From the NCBI GenBank assembly GCA_965637545.1, contig OZ281499.1, positions 15,252,001 to 15,316,000 on the forward strand: 64,000 nt of DNA. Reading direction: 5' to 3'. The notes beneath the pieces are model-generated. The model was not told the origin of the DNA, made no database searches, and saw only the letters and a list, made by a program, of their open reading frames with translations. This DNA is from Phallusia mammillata (Eukaryota). The position numbers and the translations under genes are program-made. This document shows positions 46,901 to 57,900 of this stretch, in pieces; the first letter of the stretch is position 1, and each line of letters starts with the position of its first letter.

Positions 46901-48784
46901 ATGTATTTAGTATTTTAATTCAGGACAATGCAAATTACCAAACAAGCATCGGATGATCGGATAACAAACGGATTTCTGTCACAACAAATGCCGAAAGTAG
47001 ACATCGAAAAAAATGCCGAAAATCCCCAAGGGAAACCCCCTCAATAAATTTGTTTTGCCAATTTGAAATAATTGTTCATGGGCACAAAAAAAGTTATTTT
47101 GTTACGTTTTAAGTTGTATACGATGGTTCACAAAATTTATAGTGACATGCAACATGACGTTGACATATACAAAAAGTTAGAAAATGATTATTTTACCTAT
47201 TTCATCCAAGTATTCACATCCAGGCACTTCCAATGCGCGAATACACTGTTCGGTTTTGTGGTCATACGCTGTTTTATGGGCGCATTTTGTCTCGTAGGGT
47301 TGGCCATTAATGCAGATATTGAAATAAACGCAGTTATAGACTTCTTGAAAAGTAAAAAATTGTTTCACTGTTCCTTTGTCGTCCCTGCAGATATCGTCCG
47401 TGCCTGCAAAAATATAACAGGTAAAGCAGTGTCAAAAATTTTGCCAGTTAAAGTAACCGTGCTTAACGTTTTAGTGTCAAAACTTGTCACAAACTTATCG
47501 GTCAGAAACAAAGACAAATTGGTTTTCTCAACGAATATTTTCTGAATTGTTGGCGTTGCCTGCAGTGATGTCGAAATGATATGACCAAACATAGCAAACA
47601 TTAGATTTTCATGAATTGGCGGCAGGTCGGTGCCGAAATTGTGTTTGTTTCCTGAGAAAATTTGTGTTGTCGCAAACGTGACAGATCTATATGGTGCTTG
47701 GATGCAAGTTCAGAAAAAACACTTAATCGTTCACCTTTGGTATTAAAGATATATATATTTCGCTACTACAGCATCGTCAGTATCTTATTCAAATAGAACC
47801 AATAGGTGTTTTTTCGGAACTTACATCCATTGCTATAAGGTTCATTATTCTTCATCCACCAAGCAACGGCCTGGGTGATTTCAGCTTTAAGTTTCAATTA
47901 CGAGTATATGGTGCTTGATTTGAAATTACCCAAACGCGACAAATGTCAAAATTACTTACGATCATCCAAATGGTTGACAGTTTCTAAATCCCCATTGTCC
48001 ACTTGTCGTTTGACTGCAAAACAAATGTTACAAATAAAACACATGTAACAATTGAACGAAAATTGGTGCCGAAAAATGAAATAAAAATATTCGCGGTGTG
48101 GACACTCGGTGCTGTGGTCAAAAAACTCACCTATCGAGGAAACATGGATCTTAGTTTCCTCATTCCTGCAAAACAAATCCCATCATGTTATTATCGGAAT
48201 ATCTACTTACACCATAACTCATGTCAGCCGCACATTTAGATAGGTGCGCAAAAGCACAAACACCTATTTGAAACGGTATATATCCAACCATACTGACGGT
48301 TAGGGCTATTAGGGTTGGGCTAAAATATTATCATTAAAAAATCCAATAGAACTGACATTAAAAATTAACAAGGTTCCAGTTCGTTATAATTTTTAAAAAC
48401 TTCCTAACCCTGCCCCATTTTAGCTGCTAAATTAATTCAGGTTTTTGCTTCCGCTATCGAGATTTAATTAAATGTGTGTCAGCCGTGAGTTATGAAAAAC
48501 TTACCATTCAAGTTTGTTTGTTGATTCCAACGCTTTTACATACAGAACTAAAAAAGACAAACGTTTTAATATTGCCTAGGTAGCTATAGTTGTATCATTA
48601 TCATTTTGTTCTTAAACTTCGTTTTAAATTCTCAGCTATTAAATAAGGAATTTATCGCAATGTACATGGAAGTAATAAAACACAGGATCAGAAAGAATTT
48701 ACTATACACCCATATTGTTAAAGTTAGAGACTTACGTAATAGGTTAACCACCAACAATTTCCAGAACAACATCCTGTCAATCAT
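4211..48784 (-). CDS. Giant secreted gel-forming mucin / von Willebrand factor-like protein (SP-CBM14-EGF-D1-D2-D'D3-short Thr patch-3x[D4-like + Cys-rich stalk]-CTCK); multi-exon
   Basis: Phase-consistent GT-AG exons were traced by eye. 5' end: 48736-48784 (ATG; MIDRMLFWKLLVVNLL), 48505-48547 (LLYVKA-LES, signal peptide), 48131-48165, 47960-48013, 47825-47884, 47197-47403, 46557-46652, 45980-46152, 45555-45700, 45158-45366, 44882-45009, 44524-44740. 3' end: 5612-10271, 5337-5505, 5023-5157, 4763-4956, 4211-4367 (TAG at 4211-4213). Recognisable vWD (TFDG/TFDD/TFDH, GLCGNF), C8, TIL and cystine-knot motifs occur in mucin/VWF order. Not every internal exon edge was verified. Confidence 0.92.
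5612..13434 (-). repeat. Intragenic module III (giant exon 5612-10271)
   Basis: Exons 12094-12188 (95 bp), 11584-11815 (232 bp), 11279-11494 (216 bp). The 4660-bp exon carries 28 CC doublets, mostly in CCPxYxCxC-type units. This module lacks the VKPPC and GSLSY/GTISY exons seen in modules I and II. Confidence 0.9.
13515..20424 (-). repeat. Intragenic module II (giant exon 13515-15725)
   Basis: Exons 18017-18111 (95 bp), 17297-17528 (232 bp), 16665-16880 (216 bp). The giant exon is 2211 bp and homologous to 20532-22754. Confidence 0.9.
23114..23365. mobile_element. Non-autonomous hAT MITE (252 bp)
   Basis: TIR CAGTGATTTTCAACC / GGTTGAAAAACACTG. Perfect 8-bp TSD GTCTACGC. Subterminal tgttccg motifs. 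Confidence 0.92.
25694..26108. repeat. Long inverted repeat (158-bp arms, 99-bp spacer) made of tRNA-derived SINE-like sequence
   Basis: Arms 25694-25851 and 25951-26108 are reverse complements except for one mismatch (25812/25990). The 18-bp direct repeat TGATTAATATGAAAGCAG occurs at 25596-25613 and 26104-26121. Confidence 0.92.
25939..26012 (+). ncRNA. tRNA-like Pol III unit (non-canonical; SINE head or pseudo-tRNA)
   Basis: Cloverleaf with acceptor GCCTGTG/CGCAGGC, D stem GCTC/GAGC, anticodon-like stem GAGTC/GACTC with loop CCGGAAA, and T arm GTGGG-TTCGAAT-CCCAC, followed by T5 at 26016-26020. It lacks U33 and has an extra nt after the D stem, so it is unlikely to be a translating tRNA. 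Confidence 0.6.
30104..30331. mobile_element. Older hAT MITE (228 bp)
   Basis: Imperfect TIR CAGTGGTCAGCAA / TTGCCGACCACGG. TSD GTTTAATG / GATTAATG (7/8 match). Subterminal ggtccgc repeats. Confidence 0.8.
33200..33688 (-). CDS. Two exons encoding a very short Thr-rich (PTS-like) segment
   Basis: Exons 33579-33688 and 33200-33276 give CGPCPTTTTTVTTTTATTIYTTVTTPTSTTTVTTPKPCPKAC. Confidence 0.85.
34075..38040 (-). CDS. D'D3 assembly exons (TIL'-E'-vWD-C8-TIL)
   Basis: CPPGQVYHNC...ECAKTC; GWCSVTGESHYKTFDHKWFDFAGDCEYVL; KVCGLCGNFDG; C8 [40 protein letters not shown] (34608-34764); TIL CEWRYDVCGTSCPDTC...CLEGCHPKCP (34075-34240). These closely match the VWF/mucin D3 pattern. Confidence 0.92.
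38060..43661 (-). CDS. D2 assembly exons (vWD-C8-TIL-E)
   Basis: CPGTAHIFGFDHFKTFDDKFFTFVGRCQYVFAKDC; KLCGLAGDYNGNSADDF (exon 41680-41856); C8 exon 39382-39603 (FEFCAC...CMCGALAVYAQKC...VDWRSPDFC); TIL CTGGQIYKPCGSGCGKTC. Confidence 0.9.
39966..40681. mobile_element. Non-autonomous hAT (Ac-type) element (716 bp)
   Basis: 20-bp TIR TAGGGCAAATATTTTTTGAC / GTCAAAAAATAATTGCCCTA (19/20 match). Perfect 8-bp TSD GTGATTAG (39958-39965, 40682-40689). Dense GTCAAAA arrays at both subtermini. Confidence 0.9.
41057..41630 (+). mobile_element. Tandem array of 3+ units of 156-157 bp, then A-rich tract and terminal hairpin (HINE/pearl-like non-autonomous element; 5' end uncertain, possibly about 40730)
   Basis: Anchor acgtttcggg recurs at 41091, 41247 and 41404. 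It is followed by acagaaaaaag-A-run-tacggacaaaaacaatatgt and a 9-bp stem GTCCCCTTC-agg-GAAGGGGAC (41603-41623). The family assignment is inferred from architecture. Confidence 0.7.
44154..46152 (-). CDS. D1 assembly exons (vWD-C8-TIL-E)
   Basis: GICTVFGAGNVLTFDGFLYDFPGVCQYEL; KTAGLCGNFNGIKTDDL; C8 CHEVLDPSIYYDLCKTELC...CQCESVTVYSRSC...EWRTTNQC; TIL CPANQEWIECG; CPCIHKGIEYRPGE. Confidence 0.9.
46557..46652 (-). CDS. Exon encoding an EGF-like domain
   Basis: [28 protein letters not shown] has canonical EGF Cys spacing. 96-bp phase 1-1 exon. Confidence 0.9.
47197..47403 (-). CDS. Exon encoding a CBM14 / peritrophin-A (ChtBD2) chitin-binding domain
   Basis: Translates TDDICRDDKGTVKQFFTFQEVYNCVYFNICINGQPYETKCAHKTAYDHKTEQCIRALEVPGCEYLDEI. 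Six Cys are spaced x18-x5-x9-x12-x8 with aromatics (YF, YD) at typical CBM14 positions. Phase 1-1 exon. Confidence 0.88.
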
Positions 48785-48864
48785 CTTGATGCTGCAAACA
48801 ATCTGAATCACAAAACACCTGTCAGTGAAACTTACGTAGACATTAAAAGCAAAATTACACTTAC

Positions 48865-48935
48865 CTTTGCAGCACTGAGATGAAAATGGTATCGAATGCG
48901 GTTTGGCTCCTGCCTTTTATTCCTTTTTAGCAGGT
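48865..48935 (-). other. Probable 5' UTR exon of the mucin-like gene
   Basis: Flanked by acceptor gttttag and donor gtaagt. A 62-bp intron (48803-48864) joins it to the ATG-containing exon 48736-48802. It contains no ATG. Confidence 0.5.
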
Positions 48936-50265
48936 CTAAAACTGTGTCAAAAGGCGAACTATGGCACCATAGAAGGGAAAAGACAAAGTTCCAAATTGAC
49001 AATGACTAATGCATATTTCCTCTTGGTTTGATGTTTGAACCCGAAAACTGTGGCACCATTGCGATTAAAGTACATTTAAATGTGTTGCTCTTCAGCCACT
49101 GAACAAGGAGGGTTGATTGAATTTAGATTTCAAGTTGTTTTAAATAAGCGTTGTTTGTTGCATGAAACATCGTCCTATACCTAAACTCCTAATAAGAAGT
49201 AAAGATGATGTTATTTTCATGTTGATAGGCAGTTAATTAACCATTCTGTTTGTTTCAGCGCCAAAAAACATTAGTCACAGTGTACATGAACGTATGCGTG
49301 TCAAAGCTGTGAAACAAAGGCGTTAAGATTAGGCCACAAGTGACTATTTCTCGTGGATAAACCTATCTATTTGCATGTACCAAATTCATGCATTAATGTT
49401 GAAAAATTCAAGAAAAAGTGAGCACAGCATATAATGCTTTTGCGTAAATGTAATTTTCACACTTTAACGTTTCACACTTTAACAGCATCAATGCAATTAC
49501 GTTCGAAAGATTAAAGCGAACTGTTAGAGTCCAAAAGTTTAACTAATTGTACCTGTGAATGTACGTTGATCCATCCGTTGTGATATCATTCGGACTGCAA
49601 ACCAGCAATTGCCTGAAAATCGATTTGACTTTTGCCCTGCAATACCTTTACCGTAACTGTACACTGTATACTTGATACACTGCTGGACATAGTGCACATA
49701 TGCTGCCGGTCCAAAGCACAAACCAATAAATCTCATCACTTCTATTCAAACATTTTATACAATTACAGTCAACCAATTAAGGTATAACAACTTGTATTTT
49801 TGTTTCCAAAGAAATTATTCTAAATAAGTCCCATCAATCCAGCAATGAGTTAGATGCGAATCAAGTTTTGTTAAACTAAATCGCGACGAGATGAGTCATT
49901 GGATTTTTTTTAATTGTTTTGCTCGACATTTGGTTCATAACAAAACGATAGGTTTTGTTGTACCATGTCGAAGAATTTTATTACCGAAAAAATCAAGCGC
50001 AAAGGTGAAATTTAAATCAACAAGTCTGCAAGAAAAGGAGCTTTTTCAGGCCGCTAAGATCGTTGGTTTGAATTGAAGAGTACCACTTTTGGTTTAGAAT
50101 TTTAATCGTGTTAACGCAAAATGTAAAAAATACGTTGTTTCTAAGCAAAAGCACCCTCAACTGATCCGTAAGCGAGATTTAATTTTGTTTGCGATCAAGC
50201 TGTATTTGTATCAAGTGTTCAAGTTAGGACGTATAGTGTTATTAACGGTAGAGCTACTAAAACCA

Positions 50266-50553
50266 AACTCATGCCAGTGCCATATTTAGTTAAAATTCGA
50301 TAGGTGGCGTTACGAGCTGAATTATTAATTTAACAGCTAAAGAGGGGGGAAGGTTGGGAAGTAAGCTTATGAAAATTCAAATTTAGGAACTAAGTTTATG
50401 AGTTATTTTGATTGAATTTTTAATAATAGTACCTTACAACAACCATAATAGCTCTAACCGTCAGCAATTTTGAAAATATACTGTTTCAAATTTTGGTTTG
50501 CGCTCTTTGCGCCACCTATAGAAATTCAGTTAAATGTGCCGCTGGCGTGAGTT
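50266..50553. mobile_element. Degenerate MITE-like element with about 44-bp imperfect TIRs
   Basis: aactcatgccagtgccatatttagttaaaattcgataggtggcg vs cgccacctatagaaattcagttaaatgtgccgctggcgtgagtt (reverse-complement similarity). No clear TSD. Confidence 0.6.
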
Positions 50554-51972
50554 ATGATGCTAGTGGATTTTCCGTTATCAATAGTTAAAAAGCTTAAATG
50601 ACAACATACTGTCCAAAAAATTGTCACCTTGCAAGTTTAAAAATAAAATACGATTTTTTCGGGTTTGTATTTTCCAGGCACACAAATCAAAAGCAAGACA
50701 TCAGAGTAACGTCGAAATCCAGTGCGTACTGCGTCATGATCAATTACAAAACATCAGCAAACACCTGCACGTCTGCGATAAAGTTAAAACACTTAAAAGC
50801 AATGGTTGCAACGAAGCAAAAACTTTTGGGACGGAAAGATAAAATGCATAGCGGTAAACTCCGCGTATCATTAGTTTTCGAGGGAAATGAACAAAACATT
50901 TTTGATACATATCATAAGTACGAAGCATATTAAAAAAGAACATGCATGGTTAAATGAACAACGTTTTTTTCTTCAAATTTGTTACGTGGGTGGGTTTTCG
51001 CGTTTTTTCTATGACAGCTTTTGTTATTCCGATTGTTACTTAAGAAACTATGTAAAAAGTTGTTAATAGAACTGTGTACAATTTGGATAAACACCATCAA
51101 TCAATAGGATTCCACTTTTTGTGGAAAGCAAAATCAGCACGAAGCTACGTATGATCACAGAAAGGGTAGAACAAAACCACGCAGAAATTCACAAACAATT
51201 TGTTTATGCAAATCAGTAAAAATATTTACAACTATTCGCCGTGGACAATATGGAAACGTTTTTAGGAAACAAAAAAATGAAATAGTGTTGTTAAAGAGTA
51301 TTTAGAAAAGCTAACGATAAGACAATTTTTGGTGTTCAAGTTAAAGTTTTAAACAATTCTAACGGTAATCGAACAATTTCAATTTTACTTTGTCAGAAAC
51401 ATTAAATCTTTACGTTGCAGGAATAAAAATCATTAATCGTACGGTATTTATTCAGATTATGGTTTTCATAAGGTCAACAGCCAACAAAAAACATCACGGT
51501 TAAAAAATTTATCTTTTCCTAAACAAGAAATCTACATTGTCACACTGCACTTTGGTGTGTATGTGGGATTTAAATAAAATACCTGCAAAATCATTGAGTA
51601 AAAAGGCGTTTACAAGCATAAAATAATTTCCTCGGCCGAATAATCATAGCGACACACGAAGCATATTGACAAACATAAATGCATAAAAAATGTTACACAG
51701 ACATACTGAATCCAATTGTTGGAAAAATTAATTTGAATTTCCTTGCAATGTTGACAGTAATAGGATTTTACGTGCACGTCTTTGAATGTTTTAAAGTGTG
51801 TTTCCATATCACAAAATAGGTCTGCCAGTCCCAAGTCGGTAAAACCAATTTTTGAAACCATTTTGATAATATGTTTCTGATACATTGTTACACGACTGGT
51901 GTATTTTGTATTAGATAATTGAATGTGGAATCACAGCTAAAAATCGGGAGGCATTTAAAAAGGAAACACTGT

Positions 51973-54900
51973 CTATTTGGTTTTAAGCAACTGCTTCATG
52001 TCTTCCAAAGCTTCAAGAAGTTTCTCTCCAAACAGTTTGGAGTCAGTTTCTGGGCAACTGCGGTAACTGGTGATGTGGATGGTGGCTAAAAAATATATAT
52101 TGCACTATAACTCGTAAGCCAAATGGTCCCAAAAAAACCTGTGGACCACCGAAAAAGTTTGGTGTTAATTAGGTTTGGTGATAAACTGGAAATAGATGCA
52201 TGTAATTTATCAAATATTCAATACCAGAAAAGTTTATTAAAGTTATGTGGACATTTAATGTTAGCTGTCAGGCGTTTGATATCACTTCTAAAAATTCTGT
52301 ATTGAAGGATTTAACTGAACTGGTGCCGCCCCATGGCCTGAAACAAGCTGAGAACCGCTGGCAGAAGTTCACAATATAACGCACAAGCCCTGCGACTTAA
52401 TATAGGAGATTTAGATTTTTTATATTATCTAAATGCATTTAAATATAATGGATTCATTTGCCCCCTTACTCTTTGTTGCGCATCATTACATGAGTGTTTT
52501 ATGTTTGCATTATTATACCTAGCAAGATTTTACCTAATCCAACAGGTTTAACGTAGTATTTACCAGTATTTTTATAATCAGGCAACAGTTTTTTTTGAGT
52601 TATTGCTACTCTTACTAAAAGATAAGTTTTTACATGGGTTTTTAGGCAGTCCAGGAAAGTATTTTGATGGATTTGGCGTGGAATTTAAAAAGCCGAAATT
52701 GATAAGAAATTGATACCCCATAATGGTAATACTTGCGCGTATGGTCTCAAAGAAGGTGCAATTTTACACGCATAAGTAAGTCAAACTTCTTTTTAAACAT
52801 TCAACTTACTGAAATTTTCGCCAAGGAAGAGATAAAATACTCCATAACCGTCATCGCGTAACGGTGAGAAGGCGCCACCTGCAGGGTACACATCCATATT
52901 TTTCGAAATTTTTTTGTCAAAAATGAAGGGAGCTTGTGAGGTCGAAAGCTGGTCGTAGTCGGTCAGAATCTAAACAAATAAAAAATATAATTGTTTGCAA
53001 ACAGCAAAACGTTACCACCAAAAACGAACGCAGAAAACGGTCCGAAATCCCTTCAAAAATCCCAAACGGGAGATTTTGGTATAATTACTGCTTCTTGTCT
53101 AAAATAAATTTATGAATTTTTTGGAAACCAGATGTAAACGTACGCTGTGTAAACAGTCTTGAGCGGATTCATTGTGACCAACGATGTCAAACGAAGGACA
53201 GGATATTGCCTTCATATCCTAACGACGTTTTTATTACAGTTAAAAGTAAGGACACTGGTGAGGGTTAATTTTAGGCACAGCGCTTTAGCATTTGAGAGTG
53301 AATACCAAATCCCCGCTATAAGAGATTAATGGTTGGATAAGTGATTAGGAATTTACTGCAGTTAAAGCAAAACAAGTTGTCATTCATGTTTTCCCGTGAC
53401 ATTAAACTGGATAATAGTGACCTCAATCTTCCTCCACGGGATGCACTGTGTGGCAGGCAATTTTGAAGCATTCTCTGTGGCAAAATTGCAAACCCAAGCC
53501 AAAACAAAATTATAACACTGGATTTTTGCAAGAAAGGTAATGAGCACTGTTTATCAAGTAGGTGGTACAAACATACATCTACTAGAGGTAGTAAATCTTA
53601 TGTGGACACACCCAATGGTTGGAAAAGCTCAGACCTAGACGGCAACTGTACAACGACCTTTGAAACCTCGTAAGTAGAGGTCTCGCGATGTCAGACAAAA
53701 TGCTTGTAGGCTTGATAAACAAAAGAAGATCTTATATTACAATAAAACAAACAGTTTCTGTTTCGTCTACAACCACGTAAATATCCAGTTTCAAGCGAAA
53801 TAAGTAAGGCTTGGTCTGACCAAAGGGCGCTTGTCTATAGTGATTGCTCTGTTAAAATAGCTTTAGAAATTATTTTTGATTAGGTACTGCTATCCTACTT
53901 GTGCTAAATTGCTGAAAAAGTTAATGACCAACAATCCAAGCGTTCTGTTTACACAGTCTGACGGAAAATACCTTGATACCTAATAATTTGAACACGTTTG
54001 GACTTTGTGAACCTGTTATGTTAAACGAGACTTGAGAGCATTCTACCTTTGTTTCAAAAAGCTTTGGTTTGACTCCAGCGAACTTTGCTGCCACAATTAA
54101 TCCAAACATGTGACGGTCTGCTCCAAGCCCGTTCATCGATTCTAGTTTGTATTGGTGATGGTAGGCCATGGCTGTCTTCAGATGCTTAATGCATTCGGAG
54201 CGTGGTACGTTGGGATCGTCCATAGCCTGTTTCAAAAACGTAAGGATGTGAAAAAAATGTATGTAATTAAGTTTTTTTCGAAAAAAAGTATTTATATAAT
54301 TTGTTTTGCATATTGCTGTTGATAAATTGTCAAAGAATTCCAAATAAATACGACTTTATCTCCCAGACTAACTTTTATTTAGGAGGTGACTCAAGACATT
54401 CAATTTATCTTGGGATGACTCAAGGCATTCAGTTTAATTTATCTATTCAGCTTAACCACGGGTTCAGGAATTATCATAACACGTGTCTGAGTACTTTTAC
54501 AACGTTTGTTACAGCAAAGGAAACAAGTCATTAATTCAGGTATAAAAACATATAATTTATCAGTAGTCCGTTGTTAAAATTAAATAAATCTAAATCATTA
54601 GGAAACCAAAGCAAAAAAAAACTGATCATGTGTGGTCCTGTATGTCAATTGCAATGTACAAATTTAAACGTTAGGAAATCTTGCAATGTATATTGTACTT
54701 GTATGGGTTGAGCTATGGAAGCTCTTACCACGGATATATGGCATTTATGGTCAGATGTAAATGATGAAGGGTTTGACATTTCGTCTCCTAACACTGAGCG
54801 GTCGACTTACGCATGCTTGTAACCACAAAACTGAAAGGAAACATTATAGCCACAAACAGAATTATACCTGGGTAAAAGCTAGAGAGTGTTTTGAAGGTGT

Positions 54901-57900
54901 ACGGATGGTTTCTGTTCGTCCATACTTGAAAAACCTAAAAATATGGAAAAAATGTTAAACAATACAACACACTGACATACGACAAAATCAAACTATGTGC
55001 TACTCTGATCAGCAATAAACACTTTTCCCACACCTTTATTGTCTTATTCTTATCCAAATACCCACCATACATAACAAAGTTCTATGTGGAAACATATCAC
55101 AATAAGACTAGTGTAACTTTTCCACAGAACAAAGTTCAAAAGTTGGTTTAATTCAAGTCATGTTTGACTTTCACGCGAATGACGTACATCACGGCATTTT
55201 ATCAAACAGGTTTTGTCATGACAAGGAAATGTCTGGCGGGTTAATAAATATTGACATGACAAATAAGGTCTGCCACTTGTTGACAAAATGCCGCTTAGCC
55301 TATGTACTTTGGTACCACGCAGCTAGGACAAATTTGGTTCGGACCTTCAAGGTCATGTTCGAATTCGAATAATGTTCAAAACTTTCAACGTATGTCAGTT
55401 GTTGGTACTATACCACCATATCATGCAAAACTATATCTTGGTTTCCCTAATAAAAACATCAAAACGTATTGTAATGAAAAGTGGGTAGACCCAACTAAAA
55501 GTTTAAAAAATATTTTACATACTTTACAATGCACCAACCAACAAAGTATGAAACTCCTTGATCCCGTACTTTAATACATAATGACTTTTTCTTTGAATGA
55601 CTTTTTCTTGATCATACGCTTGGAACAAACCAGCGTTAAACAGAAAAAAGAAATACGGACGAAAACAATATGTGCGCGTTTCAGGGAAGGGGAGCCATAT
55701 TGACCGTATTTCTGACATTTGACGTAGAGTTTATTGAGCAATTGACTTTATTATAAACTTTATGAAAAGGTCGTGAACGTTTGCGCTTAACGTGGTCGGT
55801 CAAAACAACAAACAAACCTTGTCATGGCCGTTTCGTAAGTCTTGGGTACCTTCTTGTTCATGCGATAGAAGGCTAGCTGCAGCGCCATCTGCATAAACGA
55901 ATCCGGACTAACCCGAAGCTTCTTGATAGCACCTTTGCCGTGGTTCAGTTTCAAAGCGTGTGCATCCAAGTTCATGGCCTGTTGAGAGGAAAAAAATGTT
56001 ATGATAAAAACGGCATTTTTTATTTTCTAAGCAAGCTAACCTGAACATTTATTTGTTACAGAAATGTTAAGGTAGACCAGTGATCACGGCACACCCATAT
56101 ATAGATCACAGGACGCTAGGCCTACTAAAACATTCCCGAGAGGCAAGGCGTAGGCTAAAAATATATAGCCTGCGGCGGCAATTGAAAAACCGCCTTATCC
56201 GTAAAACCTCTTCAATGGGCCTGGTATTTTATTTAATATAACAAAGCTATATACACCTATTACTGAAAAAGTGTCAATATAAAGAGGCTTCTTATGTTAC
56301 ACTTACAGTATCATTGATTACGATGTTAAATGTTTGGTCTAGTGTTTGCTATATAAAAACACTGTAACGGGATTTTCGAAACGAATTGATATTGAATATA
56401 TGCTAATTTGCCAGTGTACATGCATTTGTGAGGCAAATTTTAATGCACTGCGTGCAAAGAAGTGGAACAACCGGTATTTTTGCAAAACCGCAGAATGGCA
56501 CTTACAAAACCAGGCAACGCATTTTCTGCGTTTATTTCTGGACAGCGACAAAATACCAACGTCAAAAAGATACCAAGACAAAGACACAGAACTTACTATT
56601 TGCTGAAATGTTTCCTCGTATTTTGGAATAGCACTGCGAAACGATGACAAATCCCAATCAATTTTGGAAGGTACAGGCAATACGGCATGATGGGAAGCTT
56701 CTGGACAAAATGCATTGCCCTGGTCATCATATTTAGAACGTGCCCAGATGTACTCCAAAACACGGCTTGTCAACTGCAAACAAATGTGACATGGAGGATC
56801 ATATTAGCTTAGGATTTGTGCAGTAATGAAAACTGCTTGTGGCAGTTAATCCTTATAAGTTCTACATGTTTACAACATTTGGGTTCAGTGCAGCTGGAAA
56901 TGTCTTGGAAATTTATTTATCTCTAATTAACTGTTTCTTTGGGCCAGAAAATAGCTGAAAAGATTGATACTGTATATATTTCATAAAATGCCTATTTATT
57001 TTATCTACCTAATGTAGCATGTACACGGAAGGTATGACTATACATCGTTCTTCATATATAAGCAAGGAAATCGCGTTTTAACACGCGAGGTTGATGGTTT
57101 ACATTTCACAAACAAAGCATAAATGGTAATGGGGGCAATTCATCTAAAGGCGTAGGAGAATGCAGTGACATCAGCTCCTAGTACGTTCAGTCAATACAAA
57201 ACGGGACACAAAAATGCAACAGTGTCAACTTACTGTCGCGTCAGCTGTAGCATGTTCGACGTTTCCTCCGGACAGACCGTTCTCATGAATGACGCATGTC
57301 AGAGACTTGTCAAGCCATCTGCTGAAGCCGTTGCCAAACAGGTTTGCATGACATTCCTCTGAAAGGTCCTGTATTAAATGCACACTTATTACTGCATTTT
57401 TAACCATTTTTCTGTTTTCAGAAAACGTCATATGACACGTATGTTTAACTTTCTGGCACAAGTTGAGTATATTTTCGTGAACCATCACAGGAAAAAAGGC
57501 AACTTAATGCACGTTTTCCAGCACAACCTTAACATTGAGCATGTTTAAGAGAGTTATTTCAAAGGATAAAAATTCAATTCTATCATCATGTGTGGCTTAA
57601 AAAAATACATTTTAATGGTAAAGCACAACAGAACAAAGCTTCTAGTTGCTTTTAAAATGTTTTGTACCAGAGATGTAACAATAAAACGTTTGTTTGCATA
57701 GTACACAATGAAAAGAGGGCAAATAACTTTCAGTCACAGGGATAAACAGGTGAATTAAAGAACCTCTTGTACAGTCTGAATAGTAGTACATACCTTTGGC
57801 TTGGTATCTTCCAAAACAAGGTGAAATATGGCACTTTCAACTTCTTGCAGAAATGCACTGTTACGTGGGTGAGCGAGCAGTTTTTCTCGTTCCTGCAAAA

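Noticed and set aside
47404-47696. About 98 open codons in the intron before the CBM14 exon, in phase with exon 47825-47884 (possible alternative exon)
   Set aside because: There is no strong in-phase donor, read-through hits a stop at 47365 out of frame with the CBM14, and the flanking exons already join in phase. It needs RNA-seq support.
52118-52360. Possible sixth hAT MITE ending in gctgagaaccgctg
   Set aside because: The left TIR is very degenerate and there is no matching TSD.
53960-54046. Read-through sequence VECSQVSFNITGSQSP looked like a variant (TGS) of the carnitine-binding STS motif
   Set aside because: A GT donor at 54046 splices in phase to exon 52810-52969, which supplies the canonical LSTSQAP. 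The look-alike is intronic.
54384-54435. Two TGACTCA (AP-1-like) sites in a short ~32-bp tandem duplication
   Set aside because: A 7-mer duplicated by a local repeat is not evidence of regulation without functional data.
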